A stretch of 64,000 nt of DNA from Phoronis australis (Eukaryota; Animalia; Phoronida): positions 313,392 through 377,391 of the forward strand of contig NMRA01000332.1 of assembly GCA_002633005.1 (NCBI GenBank), written 5' to 3'. The notes beneath the pieces were generated by a model that had not been told where the DNA came from, searched no databases, and saw only the letters and a list, made by a program, of their open reading frames with translations. The translations under genes were made by a program, and so were the position numbers. The first letter of the stretch is position 1, and the number at the start of each line of letters is the position of its first letter. This document shows, piece after piece, positions 11,126-25,285 of this stretch.

Positions 11126-14100
11126 ATAAAATATAGCAAAAAGCAAAAAAGTGTCTTGTAATATTCGATTGAACAGAGGTCATGACACCAATTTGAAATG
11201 AGAACAGCATTTTCTTAACTAAACCTATCCCTCAGAAGTCAGAGGGGAAGTTCAGCAATGTTATCATGAGAAGCTTACATTCCAATGACTAAGATGTTTT
11301 GTGTTAGGCTCTGCTTGGCCATTGTAATCGCAATGGCAAGAATATTAAGATTTTACATGTTAATATTATGCTAATTATTCTAAGGATGGCAGATAGGGCC
11401 TCTTTGTAAATACTTGGTTAAGGGTCAGTTCTCAGTCCTCTAATAAAAATATTCACCTGAACATGGTACATTAAGGTTCTACACTCACCAGTTCTTATAA
11501 TTACAGATCAATTGCAGGACTGCATGATCTGAGACTCTCAGAGCTCCAAAGCAATTACTTCAGGCCAATGTTGACCTGGATTGTTATACATTAAGGCCAA
11601 CAGCCAATAACCACGATTAAAGCTACGTAAACTGTAATTCTTCACTTATTCACATAGAAACAGTCACGAAAATGGTCATTTTCTAATCTGTAAAGGTGGT
11701 GCTATTAATAATTGAGTATGAAAACAAAGAGACATCACCAAAAACTAACGATTTCTTTATCTTCGGTATCAAATTTGGATAACAGGCTCCTCTTTTTCAA
11801 TTTGTAAGTTAATTTTATGCATTGTTCTACAACAGTTAGAGGGTGCAAACGAAAGAAATAAAGTACCTACCGTATTCCTTCAAACTTAAAATTGAAAACA
11901 ATTTTGAAATGAACATTTTACCATTTAAAAAAAGCTCGCTGCATTGTTAAATCAGCTCAGATAAGAACACCGCAAACTGATAGTGATGTAAATCCCCCAA
12001 CATTTAATTTTTGTTGAGAATTTAGAAAACGTAGAATTTCACTATCCTTCCATATTGGGTACTTAACATTGAAGATCATATACATTCCTTATCTGCACTG
12101 AGTCCCACGTTATTTTAAAGGGACATTTACATGCTACACTTGTCTCGGTTTGAACGAGGTCAAGCAACACAACACATTTCAAGGATGTGAATATAACATG
12201 GGGTGAAAGCTATTTTTTTAAAAGTGTTTTGTGGTCAAAATGATCCACTGTAATTTATCGAAGTTGCCACCAAACCAGGACACGATGTGGGGCTGCAGAA
12301 TAATAGCGGATTACGCAGACCATGTATGCCTGTGAGTTAACCACACGCACAAAAGGGTCATCCACATCCAGAATTTTGTATTTCCTTATAAATACAACAG
12401 CAGCTTGGCTGACATATAGGCCATGATCAAGTAACTATTTGCTGTTAAGTTTCAAGTGACCTTAGAAACGTACAACTAAATCGTTAACCTGCTTTTAGCA
12501 GAGGCACAAGGTTTGTACACCTAAAGTGACTAAAAATTAAGGACTTCCAGCACCACTTCAGGGCAAACATGTACCTTGTTTAGTGCTTGTGATATTGATA
12601 TCAACAAATACATAAGAAAATCTCATTTATGTAGATTTGTGCAATTTCACACACAATATGATGTAATTCAAAGATTTACAAGTCCTTGAAAACTTGATTA
12701 TTAAATTCATCTACCTGTGGTCTCAAGTTACATGTAAAATGAAATGGCAGCCCCCCCCCACCATCACCAACACCCCCAACCCCCACCAGAAATCATTTCA
12801 AACTTGAGTAAGGCACAAGCTGTCCATCATATTTGAAGGTGGTCAAAATCTTAAAAGTTACTGTTGTTATAGAAGCCCTAAATAAGTGTCCATTTCACAC
12901 TTTTGTTTTTTCATTTGCTGAAGAATTATGTAATCAATGTCATCTAACTAAATTTGTGGAACACAAATAAGAAAGCAATAGTTAATTTAAACCACTTAAG
13001 ATTTTATGTTTTCACAATAGGGTCTCATCTTTCCTTCTTTACTTAACAAGATACAGTATTTGCTACTGCTATGGGTGAACTTTAGCTGGAAATTATCATA
13101 AATAAGTATGGAAATGGTTCCTCATGTTGATAAACTGGCACAGTTCTGCAGCACAAAGGTCCACCTGCAACCAGATGCAAGATGCAAATATAGGGGCAGC
13201 AAAATTCTTCATTTATTACACACACAAAAAATGCCAAAGTGCATTTTCTAATCACAACTAATATTGCTAGAAATGCTGTCTCTGACAAAATGTACAGAAT
13301 CATTCATTTCATACTGACTTTGGAAGTACTCAAAGTTATATTTTGTTGAAAATATCTGCAAGATAAAGTTTCAATTTTACGTCACACCCTGACATTAGTT
13401 GGAATTTGAGATGGTATCAAAGCTAGGGTACGGTTTAATGCGGAACCACACGTCTGACTCCGAAACCTTTGAACGGCGGCCCTCTAGATTATTTGACCCT
13501 AAATTTATGATAAGATAACTGACAACTGTCCCAGCGGAAACTCCACTGTCGATCAGGTGCATCATACTCCATAGGACAAATCTACCAACAGTATCAAAGG
13601 GTATTATTAAGAGAACCACTCTCTGTCCACACTGCCACTGTGCTGCATTCAAGGCTCGGCCTAATCAAAGCCCATAGGGGGTAATAAAATGATTATCTTC
13701 TCAACCATCATAAACCGCTTGTTAAACTAGGTTTACTTACACAGTACACCTAGGACAGTTGAGCAGGGTTTACACAGATCTACCTCCACTGAAAATGCAT
13801 GCTAATTTCAAAAGGCCTATCTTGCATTAAAGACACCCACAATGTGCAACCATCCCCAAAATTCTAAGTCATTATGCTGGATAATCCCAAAATGTATTTG
13901 GTTGGGATGGGTTAGTCATCATATTTTTGACAGGGGAGTGAAGGGCACGGCTGGAAAATTACGATAACCACCTATTCAGAATATAGACTACTCTTTTGGA
14001 AAGTTTTGTTCTACAAGCAATATCTTTTGTTAGATCAATTCCATAATCATTACTTTTCATTATGGATTTTTCAGCTCAGTCTTCTTATCTGTTAATCCAG

Positions 14101-14609
14101 AAGAAGAACGAGAACAGATGCCATGTAGTTAAAAATGAGTACCAGCACATGTTTTACAACCAAACTTTTAAAAATATTGATTATATTAAACCCATTTTTC
14201 TTGTGAGAAAAAGAACCTTTTTGTAACTTTGTGCTTTTAAAGTCAACTATTTGTGGGATAATAAAATGGAAAAATACCCTTTCATAGTGAAACTGGTCAA
14301 GAAACAGTTCTCCCATCTGAGCAACACATCCCTTAAAACCTCCCTAAAACTTAAGCGGTGCAACAGTTGTTTGTGAAAATGAATTGTCAAGTCGGGCCCT
14401 TTAAAGTGGCGGAGGTTTATTAGGATGCGATGATTTTGATATGCCCGAAGGTCCATTTCGATTAGATTCTTTAGTTGTAATTTCCGTCGTAACATGTTTT
14501 ATAAACTTACAACTTATTTTTATATTTTGAAGAGAAATTGAGATGTACAAATAAACAGCTCAGAACGGTTGATTAGTTGGAATCTTATCACATTTAGCAA
14601 GTTAAGTTA

Positions 14610-17034
14610 CTGTAATCGTTCGGGTTAACGCCCATGCTCAGTTAACCGCCCATCCCCGACTTTAAGTGGATTTTCAATTTAACCGCCTAACTGCTCGGTT
14701 AAGCGCCCCCCTGCGATTTTTGAAGATTTCCAGTTAAGCGCCCACCTCTCGGTTAAGCGCCCATCCCCGACTTTTAAAGAATGAAGATTTAGCGCCTAGT
14801 GCTAAGGAAACGCGCCATTCCCCGACTTTTAGAAAAAGATCGATGATCGCAATGAGTGCAACGACGCCGGGACTCCGAGACGGTGGTTTAACAATCTGAA
14901 TTACAATACAGGTAACGAGTTATTGTCTTGGGTCATGAACTCACTTCAAAACATAATACTCCTTTTTGTCACTTTATTTTCTTCCCTTGTTTGCAAAGTT
15001 TAAGAACGCCGCCGGGGTCAAAACCTCCGCTTTCAGCGACTTTGTCTGCTGCGCTGAGTTTCCGTCTACAGTGCACTACATAAAACATATATTCGAAAAA
15101 ATCAGGCCAGAGAAATGTGACAATGGTTTTGCCAACCCTCCAAATTCTATTAATGTGGGAAGCTCTCCTATTTTGAATAAATCTCACAACTCACGGAAAG
15201 ATGTCAAATTCTCAATATTTTGATGAATATAACTGCCGGTTATAGAGGATGTGAGGCGACCGAAGGGACAGTACAAGTGCCTTACTGGGTTACCGATTTC
15301 GTTGCTGCCTGTCGATTTCTGAATTCAAACGTTGGCAATAATGTATGTTGGTGTATGATCTTGAAGTAATAAAAAACGGCTTGTCAAATTTTGTTTTTCG
15401 CTTATTGCATCTCAGTCAAACTGTTTAGCAATGTCGCTGGCTGTTCTTTACTATTTCTGGCGTCAGCAACCACAAAAAAGCGTGACTGTGTGAATTATCG
15501 TTTCCACATCCCCTTTTTAGCCATCCAGAATAATTTTGTTCATACATTGGCCATTTTCAGCCTGAACAAAAATTCTTACCATTCGAGTCTGAAATATCTA
15601 CGACGTAGACTGCTCGACGATAGTGGGTAGGAGATTCACGCAGCTAGTTACAGGGATGGGCTTAGGGAGCATCGAGCCGGGAAATATGGGAATAGACTTG
15701 ACATCGCAGTTTTGGGGAACATTGGCAATGGAGGAATATCGTAAAGAACTGGGTCTTTCGTAACAACAGCTTAAAAGTACATAGTCACGCCCGTTTTTGT
15801 TACTTCGTGGGACTGTCGCTATGTGTGACCGATTTGAAGTGATGCACGTGCGCAAGTTCCCACACTTTGGAGTGCATGTTACCGTGACACCAACATGTGA
15901 TTGACAGGTGACTCACACGTAGGCCCTACGTGCGTGCTGAATACCGCTACTATCTTTGGCCATGAAAAACGAGATGCATATTGAAAGAGGCCGTTATATT
16001 ACTTGACGGCATTTCTAAGTCACGATTGTCAGCCGACTGAGACAATGCGCAATAACAGTGGGACCGAACAGTGCCGCAGTGCGATATTACAAGTGATATA
16101 AATAGGATAATCTGGACATCTTGCATGTTTTTCCACCACGAAGTTTGGTAAGGTGATCGTTTAGAATAATGAATTGAAACATTGCTGTTTTCTGACGTTT
16201 TGTAACATATTTATGCAGTTGCTTGAAATTTTATTCTTGATCTACGTCTGGCTCGACCACCCCTGATCCTTGTCTTACTTCTTTGCATAGCATGTTTGGC
16301 GCAACGGCAAGGGAGCAATGCCGGGCTGTCGAGATAAGACAGCTAGCCGCAGAACCATACTCTGAAAATGTCATTGAGTCACGGAGTGTCGATTATAACA
16401 TCCCAAACACAAAAAAACAGCAGAGTTAAGTTTTTCAAACTTTTTTTACAACCAATTTTAAAACTGCTCTCTGACTCAGAACTTGACAGCTACATATAGT
16501 ACGAGACTGTAACCATAAATTTGATGTCTGACCTCTGCAACACGTGAAGCTTGAACGCGCGCACTTAAGCAGGGTCACATCTTGAAACAGTTTTAATTCT
16601 AGTGGAGGCTGCGTGGTGACTGGTCGTCTGCGCACTGCAGGACAGCACGTAGGCAATGACCATCGGCACGAGGCTATTACTCAGCAATTTTGTAAATTTA
16701 CTTGTGAATGACTAATCTGAGGGCAAGAGAACCTTTGTTGGGATCATCCGCTGTTATAACGTTTTCACAGTCATTTGGCGACGTGACGATAAAGCTCTTT
16801 GAAAAGGGCTACGCGTTCCGAGTATGATTGTCGTGGCGGGATTTAGATCGCCAGGTAAGATTAACCACCCAGGGCGGTTGTCTGTCGTAGTAAGCGCACA
16901 TGTTCGGTTAACCGCCCATCCCCTACTTAAGGTAGATTTTCGATTTAACTGCCCACTGCTCAGTTAACCGCTCTCCCCCGATTTTTTGGATTCGCCAATT
17001 TAACCGCCCAGGGAGTTAACCCGAATGATTATGG
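14610..17034. mobile_element. Tc1/mariner (Tc2/pogo-type) non-autonomous DNA transposon
   Basis: TIR c(c/t)gtaatcgttcgggttaac at both ends, TA duplication, subterminal ttaaccgccc/ttaagcgccc repeats. No intact transposase. Confidence 0.8.
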
Positions 17035-17908
17035 TAACTACATTTCCTTGACAAAAATGAACTAATACGACAAACAAAAATCGAATTGAAAATAATCGAA
17101 TTTCTCCTCAAACGAATAAAATTCCTAAAAATGTCCCACCTCTAGTATCCATACAATTGAGGAATCAACATCTGTCCTGCAACGAACAAGTTGAACATCA
17201 CGACATATTTTCCATCACCATCTTTAATTCAAGGAAACAAAGTGGGGGAAATGACACTCAACTGTGATGCAAGCTGAGGTCCGCTTCACTAAAAAGCTGC
17301 ATTTTACGTTTTCGAGTCTAAATGGAAACATACACTAGAACTAACAGCTTGTCTAAGCTAAGACGATCAGTAAGAACATGGTACAGTAAAGGTACTTTAG
17401 TGAAACAGAGCCCCAGAAGATGTTTCATTCTTTAAGCTATCAATCAATAAAGATTTCCTTTAGGAGATCCTGGTAATTACAGACTGTCTACTTAGATTCA
17501 ATCAATACAAATAGTCGTGGTCACAGCTGCCTACATGAATGAGCCTTAAGTTCACAACTCATCTTCTGTTGATTATTTGACCTGCCCACTGGAAAGTTTC
17601 CTATCATTAAGCAGTTACTCAAACACTGGACAATTACTGACCATTTCCCATTAAGTTAATGTTAACCCTGAATACACGACCTCAACTCTAAGTCAAATAT
17701 CAAAAAACTAGGCTTTGTCAACCATTAAATGTATACATTTTCGGAAAGAGGAAATAACGAGGATTCTAAAAATATGCTTCTACTGTGTCTTTATTATTGT
17801 CGCATGACCACGTTTTTAAGCCAACTTTTAATGTGGAAAAAGGTTCATTCTTTTTTGAATGAAAACTACGTTACATCTCAAAAACGATGTTAGGATTAAC
17901 AATACTAA

Positions 17909-19067
17909 CATCCCTGACACAGAAGCCACAGGAATGTTTGCAATAAGTTAATGGCCAAGACTGGGCAACTATGGAACATGCCTAGTGATGTCCAGGTCAC
18001 AGCTTTAAATCATACAAACAATTTCTTCGAGGAAACTGGCGATGGATGGCCTACCGCAGAACACAAGAATGAGGTGGTTTGTTATACGGACGACGGCTCT
18101 AAACTGGAAAATGGCCAGACAGGTGCTGGGGTCTACTTTCCAATCCTTCCTGTTGCAGATGCAGAAAACTGGGTATCGTTAGGCAATCTTGCCACGGTGT
18201 TTCAGGCTGAGATCACTGCAATTAATAGAGCTGCTCAACTGGCACAACAATATAACACTGAACTTGGCAATCGGCCAATTTCCATCTTTTCAGATAGCCA
18301 GGCACCAATAAAAGCCCTAAAGAAACTAAGGGTAAACTCTCCTTGTGTTAATGCTTGTATTAATGAGCTTAACAAGCTTGCAATTGAAAGAACCGTCAAT
18401 ATACGCTGGGTCAGGGCCCATGTGGGAACTGATGGCAATGAGAATGCAGACAGACTCGCAAAGATAGGAGCAAGCGTTCTGCATTTTGTGCCTGAACCTG
18501 CTATCCCAGTATCTTACGGATGTTGCAGGATGAGTATACGCAACTGGGTACATACCCAGTCAGCAGCCCAGTGGGCATCACTTAACTCCTGCATAGAGAC
18601 CAAGGAGAATTTTCCCAATGTGATCGAACCAAAAGGTTCAAAAAGCCTTCCGAGTCTAGATAGATTGGGTATAAGACACGTCATTCAAATTTTGACGGGC
18701 CACTGCAACCTAGCCCGACACAGATACATTGCTGGGCATATGGGGAGCCCTGTGTGTCCTGAGTGTGGTACTGACGTAGAATCTCCTAACACCTGGTAGA
18801 CTCTTGCCCAGTTTTTTTATAGGCTAAGGAGCAACCTACTGAATGGCACTGTTACATGCCAACAACATATAGTGCATGGCAACAAATGGAAACGTCTGTC
18901 CGTTTTCCTAAAGGAGGCTGGCAGACTTGAAAACTTTCTTCACGAGGAGCCATAATTGGGGTCTCGTGCCTTTGCTCAGGTGTTTTGTGCAATGGGCCCA
19001 ACCATGAGGCCTGTGCACGTGTGATGCACCGCAAATGACATAAGACCACCTGCACTGTTTTTTTTTC
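17909..19067 (+). mobile_element. 5'-truncated non-LTR retrotransposon (LOA/I-group-like)
   Basis: 11-bp TSD aacaatactaa at 17898-17908 and 19068-19078. Contains the RNase H/zinc-knuckle end of ORF2 and a 3' UTR. Confidence 0.85.
17951..18799 (+). pseudogene. RNase H domain and C-terminal zinc knuckle of a non-LTR retrotransposon ORF2 (truncated, frameshifted at the end)
   Basis: YTD(D)GSK, VFQAEITAI, IFSDSQA, WVRAHVGTDGNENADRLAK and LTGHC...CPEC motifs. No RT domain upstream; the knuckle His is lost at a premature stop. Confidence 0.9.
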
Positions 19068-19836
19068 AACAATACTAAACGACAAAGATCATGAAAAACC
19101 AGAAGAGTGGAGAATCCGCAGTTTTCGGTGATGTTCTGTTTGGAGTTCATTGAAACAAAGCATCTGACAAAAGGAAATGTCATCCACGTTACAAAACTAA
19201 AGCAAGAGTTTGAAACCATACTACAGAAAGTTGGAGTGCATGATATCATTATTAGGGTGGGGGATACTAATTGCAGCACAGGACATAATCTATTCGGGAT
19301 GCACTCCTATGATGAGATATTATGCTTTAGGTATGACAATCTGCCATTTAACTGAATCTTCTACACGCATTGGTACTCATTGGTATTAGACTTCATCAGG
19401 TCCGCCTCACAGCTAGCCATATAACAGCGCAACCGGAACGTAGACATGAGAGAACTCAGTCACGGTCTCCTCACATTTACTCTATGCATAGCGACCACAC
19501 TTTGGACCTTGTCGGTTGCGTTTGACAGTCCTTGGCCAGTTAACATGATAAACCACAAGTACGAAGACTGAATTCCCCTGTCCATCACTTCAAGAAGGCT
19601 TTTGTTTCTTCAAAGACAGAGGGAGGGCCGTTTTGAACTTGTCGCGACCCCTCCTATGGTTGCAGGCATGCTGCAAACACGCTTGTTTAAAATGGTGTCC
19701 TAGTTTAGATGAGTTCTAGCTTTCACTGGTCACCACACAGATTCCCTTAGCCCCTCCCGGCAACTTTTATGATGCCTATTCAGCACACCCTTTGTATTGA
19801 GGTAGACCTGAGCTAATGAAGTGAAAAGGTCAATAT

Positions 19837-20701
19837 AGATTTTTACATGGCGATGTCATTATCCCCCTTTATCTAGAGCCCCAGTGAATTTTGGAGAATT
19901 ATCGCCCGAGGGGCGTCAGCCCCGAGGGTGATAATTCTCCAAAATCTAGGAGGGCTCTAGATAACGGGGGATAACGACTGGGAACATGTAATAATCTGTT
20001 TATACCACATACTGAAAGAGAAACATTGCAATGAATCGATCTACCTTACTCGACTCGCCTTTGTAACTACTTTCTATGTCAGAGACCTGGGGTCGGAGGT
20101 CGTGACCTTTTAAGAAAAGCTATTTTGTCAAATATTGCTTATACTCAAAACCAATTGCAAATTTAAACAAAACAGAAATAAAGTGAATCTATAAATTTAG
20201 GTTTAGCAACTATTATAGCTTACTACACATTTTATCACGCTAAGCTTCAACCGGAAAAATATCGTCTGCTAAAGTAGGTTACCACTAGTAACTGACTATA
20301 ATGCTCAAGTCAAAGGATCCCAACGACACGATACTCGCATTCAAATTGGAAATCGGTGATTTACAAGTGAGAGAACACGAGAGAAAAATTTCACTGAATT
20401 AAAATATCGTTCTTGTGGAAATTATGCATCTTATTTTTCATAGCGTATATCGTAAATGTCAGGGCAATGCCCTTTGCTGAACATGTGATTGTTGCGCACA
20501 ATCATTTAAGTATTCTATTTTCACGTTCGATGACGGCAGCCACCGAGTGGTGTAGTGGTAAAGTCAGTGACTCGAAACTTTTGAGGACCCAGGGTTCGAA
20601 TCCGGCCTCGGTTTCCCGCCAAAATGTTATCTCACTAGTGAGATAACTTTATGGGTTATTACAGGCTGTATCTGCCATTCGAGGCTAATATTGTGGTATA
20701 A
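19837..20701. mobile_element. Non-autonomous element with a ~160-bp terminal hairpin, short inverted repeats and an internal tRNA-like segment
   Basis: Hairpin 19837-19997 centred on cccgaggg-gcgtcagc-cccgaggg; ttataccaca (20000) / tgtggtataa (20692-20701); A box tggtgtagtgg at 20548 and B box ggttcgaatcc at 20593. Confidence 0.6.
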
Positions 20702-23700
20702 TAGCTTACTGTCTAGACAATCATGGTTGTTATTACACTGAAATTGGTTTTCTCTGGCATTTGCAGTTACAGGCTGCAACTGTAGAGAGTAGTTTTAACT
20801 TGGTACATTTTAAATATTTCAAAAAGATTAAAAAATTAATTTGTGCTTATCTTAACAAAGAGCTACTTCGCAAAGGCACGATGGTTGACATTATGTTTCA
20901 TGTTTCATTTTTAATACTGTCACTTATTTCTTTCTTAACGCCAACGGGTTGGAATCTTTTTATTTTATGTTTAAACTTGATGATGTACCAAAACGATAGA
21001 TTTTGATCGGCAGTGAAACTTACTTAGTGTAGTTAATGGTGAACCCATCCCTGAACTTTCCAGATTACAGCTACGCTTAACATTTCACAGCAAACAAAAC
21101 TACGTGTGTCATTAGTTCAAATTTAATCTTTATTGGAACTCAAATCATAAAATATACACAAGTGCAAATATGGACAATTACATAACTACCTTAGCTTTAA
21201 AGTGGGCACAAGTTAAGTACAACTGTTTCCTGGTCAAAAATCTGGTTAAACGAGATTGAAAGAATGTTAAAATAATAATCCAAGCGACATCATTAACTCT
21301 GATCGGCATTCTGAGTACCAATACGCACAGTCATTTATCTTCAGTTTGTAGTTTTTAGCTTCTTAGTTCATCGATTTTAAAAAAATTAAAACTATAGGTG
21401 GATGTTGATTTTTCCAACTGAATACCACCATGGTTTTGGTTTTTAACGAAAATGCTAATGCATTTTGAAAATTCCCCATTATGTACAGGCAGAGATGTTT
21501 ACTATAGTTTATGGTCAGGTAAGTACTGTGAGTTTTGGGACTTGTTTGCACTGCACCCGACAATGTCGTCTATCCGTCTCCGGCACCGCACTCTCTCTGA
21601 TCCTGGTAAAAGCCATTGAAAAGGACGGAGCGGTGAAAATTCCTGCATATCTTTAGCATTGTGTGACTTCCTCGTAAGCGTATTATTCACGGTATGGATT
21701 TTTATACAGCCATGTCATTTCTGGCCATAGTCACAAAACGACTTGAGTTAACTCTGGTCTAGAAGACATACGGTTTTAACATAGGTACAGTAAGTTTAAA
21801 GCACTTTAATATTTAATATTTTGTTAAACATCAATCATTTGCCCTTAGATTGCTTGTGTACAGTGGGGCTGTGGCTTAAACCTATTTCTAAACAAAAAGA
21901 CAGGGTTTTACAGGACAGTCTGGTAAAATTTTTGCTTTTTCTTTTAGGCTTTACAGCAGCTCAGAGAGAAGTCTTTTGCCTGACTTCGTTGACTAAGGAG
22001 GGACAAGAAGAGTTATTTGCAGTCGCAGGCCAGCTAAACTATGTGGGTGCATCACTCGAGCATTCCTTGGTTTGTTGGCGGAAGATCGTGTATAGACTGT
22101 ACCAGCAACTACTCAGAGTATTTGTAACAGAAATAAAAGGACAGTGCGACATTCGACTTTGGTCGTCATGTCTGTACATGATGGGATTGTTGCTGCTGAG
22201 AGCCACGAGAGGGTATATGGGGGGCAACATAATGGCAGTACTCCATGCAATGCTGCCTTCGTATTTTGCTTACGAGTGATGGTTAATTAGTAAAGATACC
22301 TGCTTGTAAAACTAGCCGAGATGGCAGTCCCAGTCGCTTAAAAATCAGCAAATACAACCTCTGTATTAATGTGATTGCTGCAAAGAAAATTCAAATTAGC
22401 ACAGGGTCACTGCACCAGTTGAATCCATTCGTCATCCCCTTCGTCATCCCCTTCATAGAAACCCATTTGCCATGGTGAGTCACTCAGTCTTCTACTGGGG
22501 TCTGGCAGACAAAGAGGTGGATATCAAAAGTGGATACTAAACTACTGTAATGGAATTGCCACTAGAGGGCACAGTAGAAGTCAGAACAGTCCAAAATGGA
22601 CAATTTGGTGTTGTTTTCCCTTGGATATAATAGTATGAAGACCCTTCAGTGAATGCAAGAACTAAAGCTAGTGGAAGTTGTAGCATTACAATGTCAGCTA
22701 AGACTTGGGATCTAATCTCTGTGCAGGTGTAAGTTCTTACTAAATTATGCAAACGCTATCCTACAGAATGTACGGTACACTTGTTTTCACATTATACTGC
22801 TTATAGGATACTTAGAATGATTCATAAAGTACAGAATAATTCACCATTTAATATATTGTCCACAACCATTTTTAAACATGAAAAATTAAAACCTATCCGG
22901 CAAGTCAACACACGTGACTTTCCGAATAAAGAAGTCAATTCAGACACGAACTTGGCTTCCCTTGATCAAAACAGCCCGTTGGAGGTGGGAATTAGGCAGA
23001 CAACTGCCAGATTTCCAGAAAAAATCATGCAAGGGATTTCGGAGATACAGACTATAGACAGAATCGACTACAATAAAGGCCAACATACATGTTTGTAAGT
23101 GCAAAACAGCTGACTGCTATTTATCTCAGGGACTTACAGATTATCTACAAATTTATTTTGTGCTGCTCAATACCAACACTTAAGCACCTCATATCTGATA
23201 TCATTCATTATATATGGGCGGCACACAATGCCAGCTTACATTATCATTATTTATAAACCAATGTCTGTCCCATTTACCTAATTTATTGCTGGTAACTAAC
23301 CCTTTGGGACAGGCAGCAATTATGACACAATGTCCCCAATTTAGGCCACAGTATGGCAGACAACAGAAATTTCATTTTTCTCATAAACATGGGGTAGCAC
23401 TTTATAAATGCTTTACCACCTTAAAGTTCAAAACCATAGTAACCATCAGACAATGTTTTGAGTATTTGAAGGCATTCAAAATTTGGCTAGAAGTCCTTGG
23501 AAAACGCAAAAAAGGAAATTTGGCAATTGTTTTAGAGGCAATTTTACAAGCAGGCATTGACCATGGACCCCCTCAGATGGTGATGCACTATGCATTGCCA
23601 GTTTGCAAGTTCTTTACATCTTGCAACACAGCAGATTATGAAACTCTCAATCTTGCACTAACAGTAATTCCAGACTTGCTGAAGCTTCACATAAATGCCA

Positions 23701-25285
23701 GCACCCAAAATCATTAGCAAAATATGTTGTCCCTCACTTATTTCACATGTCCTGAACACATCCACTAAAACAAGAAACTGTAGGAACACTGCATTTATCC
23801 ACCTTCACTCTTATCAGGCTTCTATTGTGAGTCAGCATGCGTGAATAATTGGCTGATAAGCCACCTCTGGAGCTACTTTTGGCTGAATGGATGACCAGGC
23901 CATAAAATGATAATTAGCCAAGACCAGTTACTATAATGCTACAAAGAATAATGTCTTGCATCACCTAGCCTTGGTGGAAAGCTGTACATGTATACTGTAT
24001 TGGCTCAAACAAACGCTAAGAAAAATTCATTTCACGGGGAGGGGACGCTTGTTGTAGTGAGCCTACGGCAGTTGAAACCCGGTTTCCCAAACGGGTAAAA
24101 TCGGAAGCTAGGATTCATCAAATTTACGCTCTGTGACGTATTTGTAGCGTATGACAGCCTTTCTACAAAATTGTGGTGCATTGCTATCAACTTCCGTTGT
24201 TAAATTACGATAATTTTTCAAAAAATTGTGCTCATCACAGGGCGAAAACTTGCCGACTGATGCGTCGCTGAATCGCGATCGTCAATAGGAAAACTTGTAC
24301 TCTTGAATAAAAATATAGTTTCGACTCAACAAATTACCTGAAATCTTCCTGATGTTTTACAATTTTTAAAGTTCATGTGGAGTCCAGATTAATTGCGATT
24401 AAGTCCAAATGTGCGCTACATCGTACTCCACAACAAGAGAAAAATCTCTGGATGAACACACATGTTGTTGTCACGTGACGTTTGTTTTGAAGGTCGTCTG
24501 TGTATGAGAGTGAGTGAGCGTGCGTGTGCGGGTCATCGACGATAGACTTTTTTGTTACAAAAGGCGGAGGATTATGCAAGAAAATGGCGTTTACTAGATT
24601 GTTTTTCACTTAAACGGCTGTAACGTGCAAGGTGAGTGCTGGTTAACTCACAGATTTTGTGTGCACAGGCCGACTGTCGTTAGCTCTGCCGTGGAGTATT
24701 AATAGTCCAAGGCTCGATCTACATGTTGGGGACGAAATGAACTACCCGGGCTGTGTGAAATTTCTGGGTCTAACGGAGACACTGACGCAGTGGTCAGTCA
24801 GATCGCTGTATCAAGACTATAGTCAAAATCCAAATTCGTTTTATCGTGTCCCTGTCAATAATAACGGCATGTTAAAGCCTTCTTAATTTTCGTACTTCAG
24901 GAACATAACAATCACGTGCTTTGTACACATACGCGCACGCCGCAGATCACATCTCGGAAATTGCCGATTTGACGGATGACAATGAATGAACACAATGAAA
25001 TTAACAACGTCGTTTTACAGCTTGTAAGATTCATAATAAACGTATTTTGAATATTGCAATGCATGTGTTCCAAAATCTAAATAACTTGGGTCCTATATTT
25101 TTGTATTAGTGCGCGCCGAATGAAAGTAATCGTGAGTGTTGCTGTGTTGCAAAATCTCTTATCCTGGGCCGATTTGAAAAATTCAAAGTTGTACTCATAT
25201 TTGTTTTCGCTCCTCTTTTCAAATATTACAGTAAAAACTACGTAAAACTCTCTCCATAAAAAGTACAGTCTGCTAGCTAGATTGT

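Noticed and set aside
14092-14495. Two overlapping minus-strand ORFs as a frameshifted gene
   Set aside because: No identifiable family or boundaries, so it cannot be supported.
20541-20613. Functional tRNA genes (also 7954-8031, 8102-8176, 28387-28464)
   Set aside because: Stems are imperfect and all lie inside repeats; treated as tRNA-derived.
23214-23717. 167-aa ORF (also the 152-aa ORF at 21821-22279)
   Set aside because: No recognisable domain, no convincing splice context, intronic and antisense to the host gene; likely chance.
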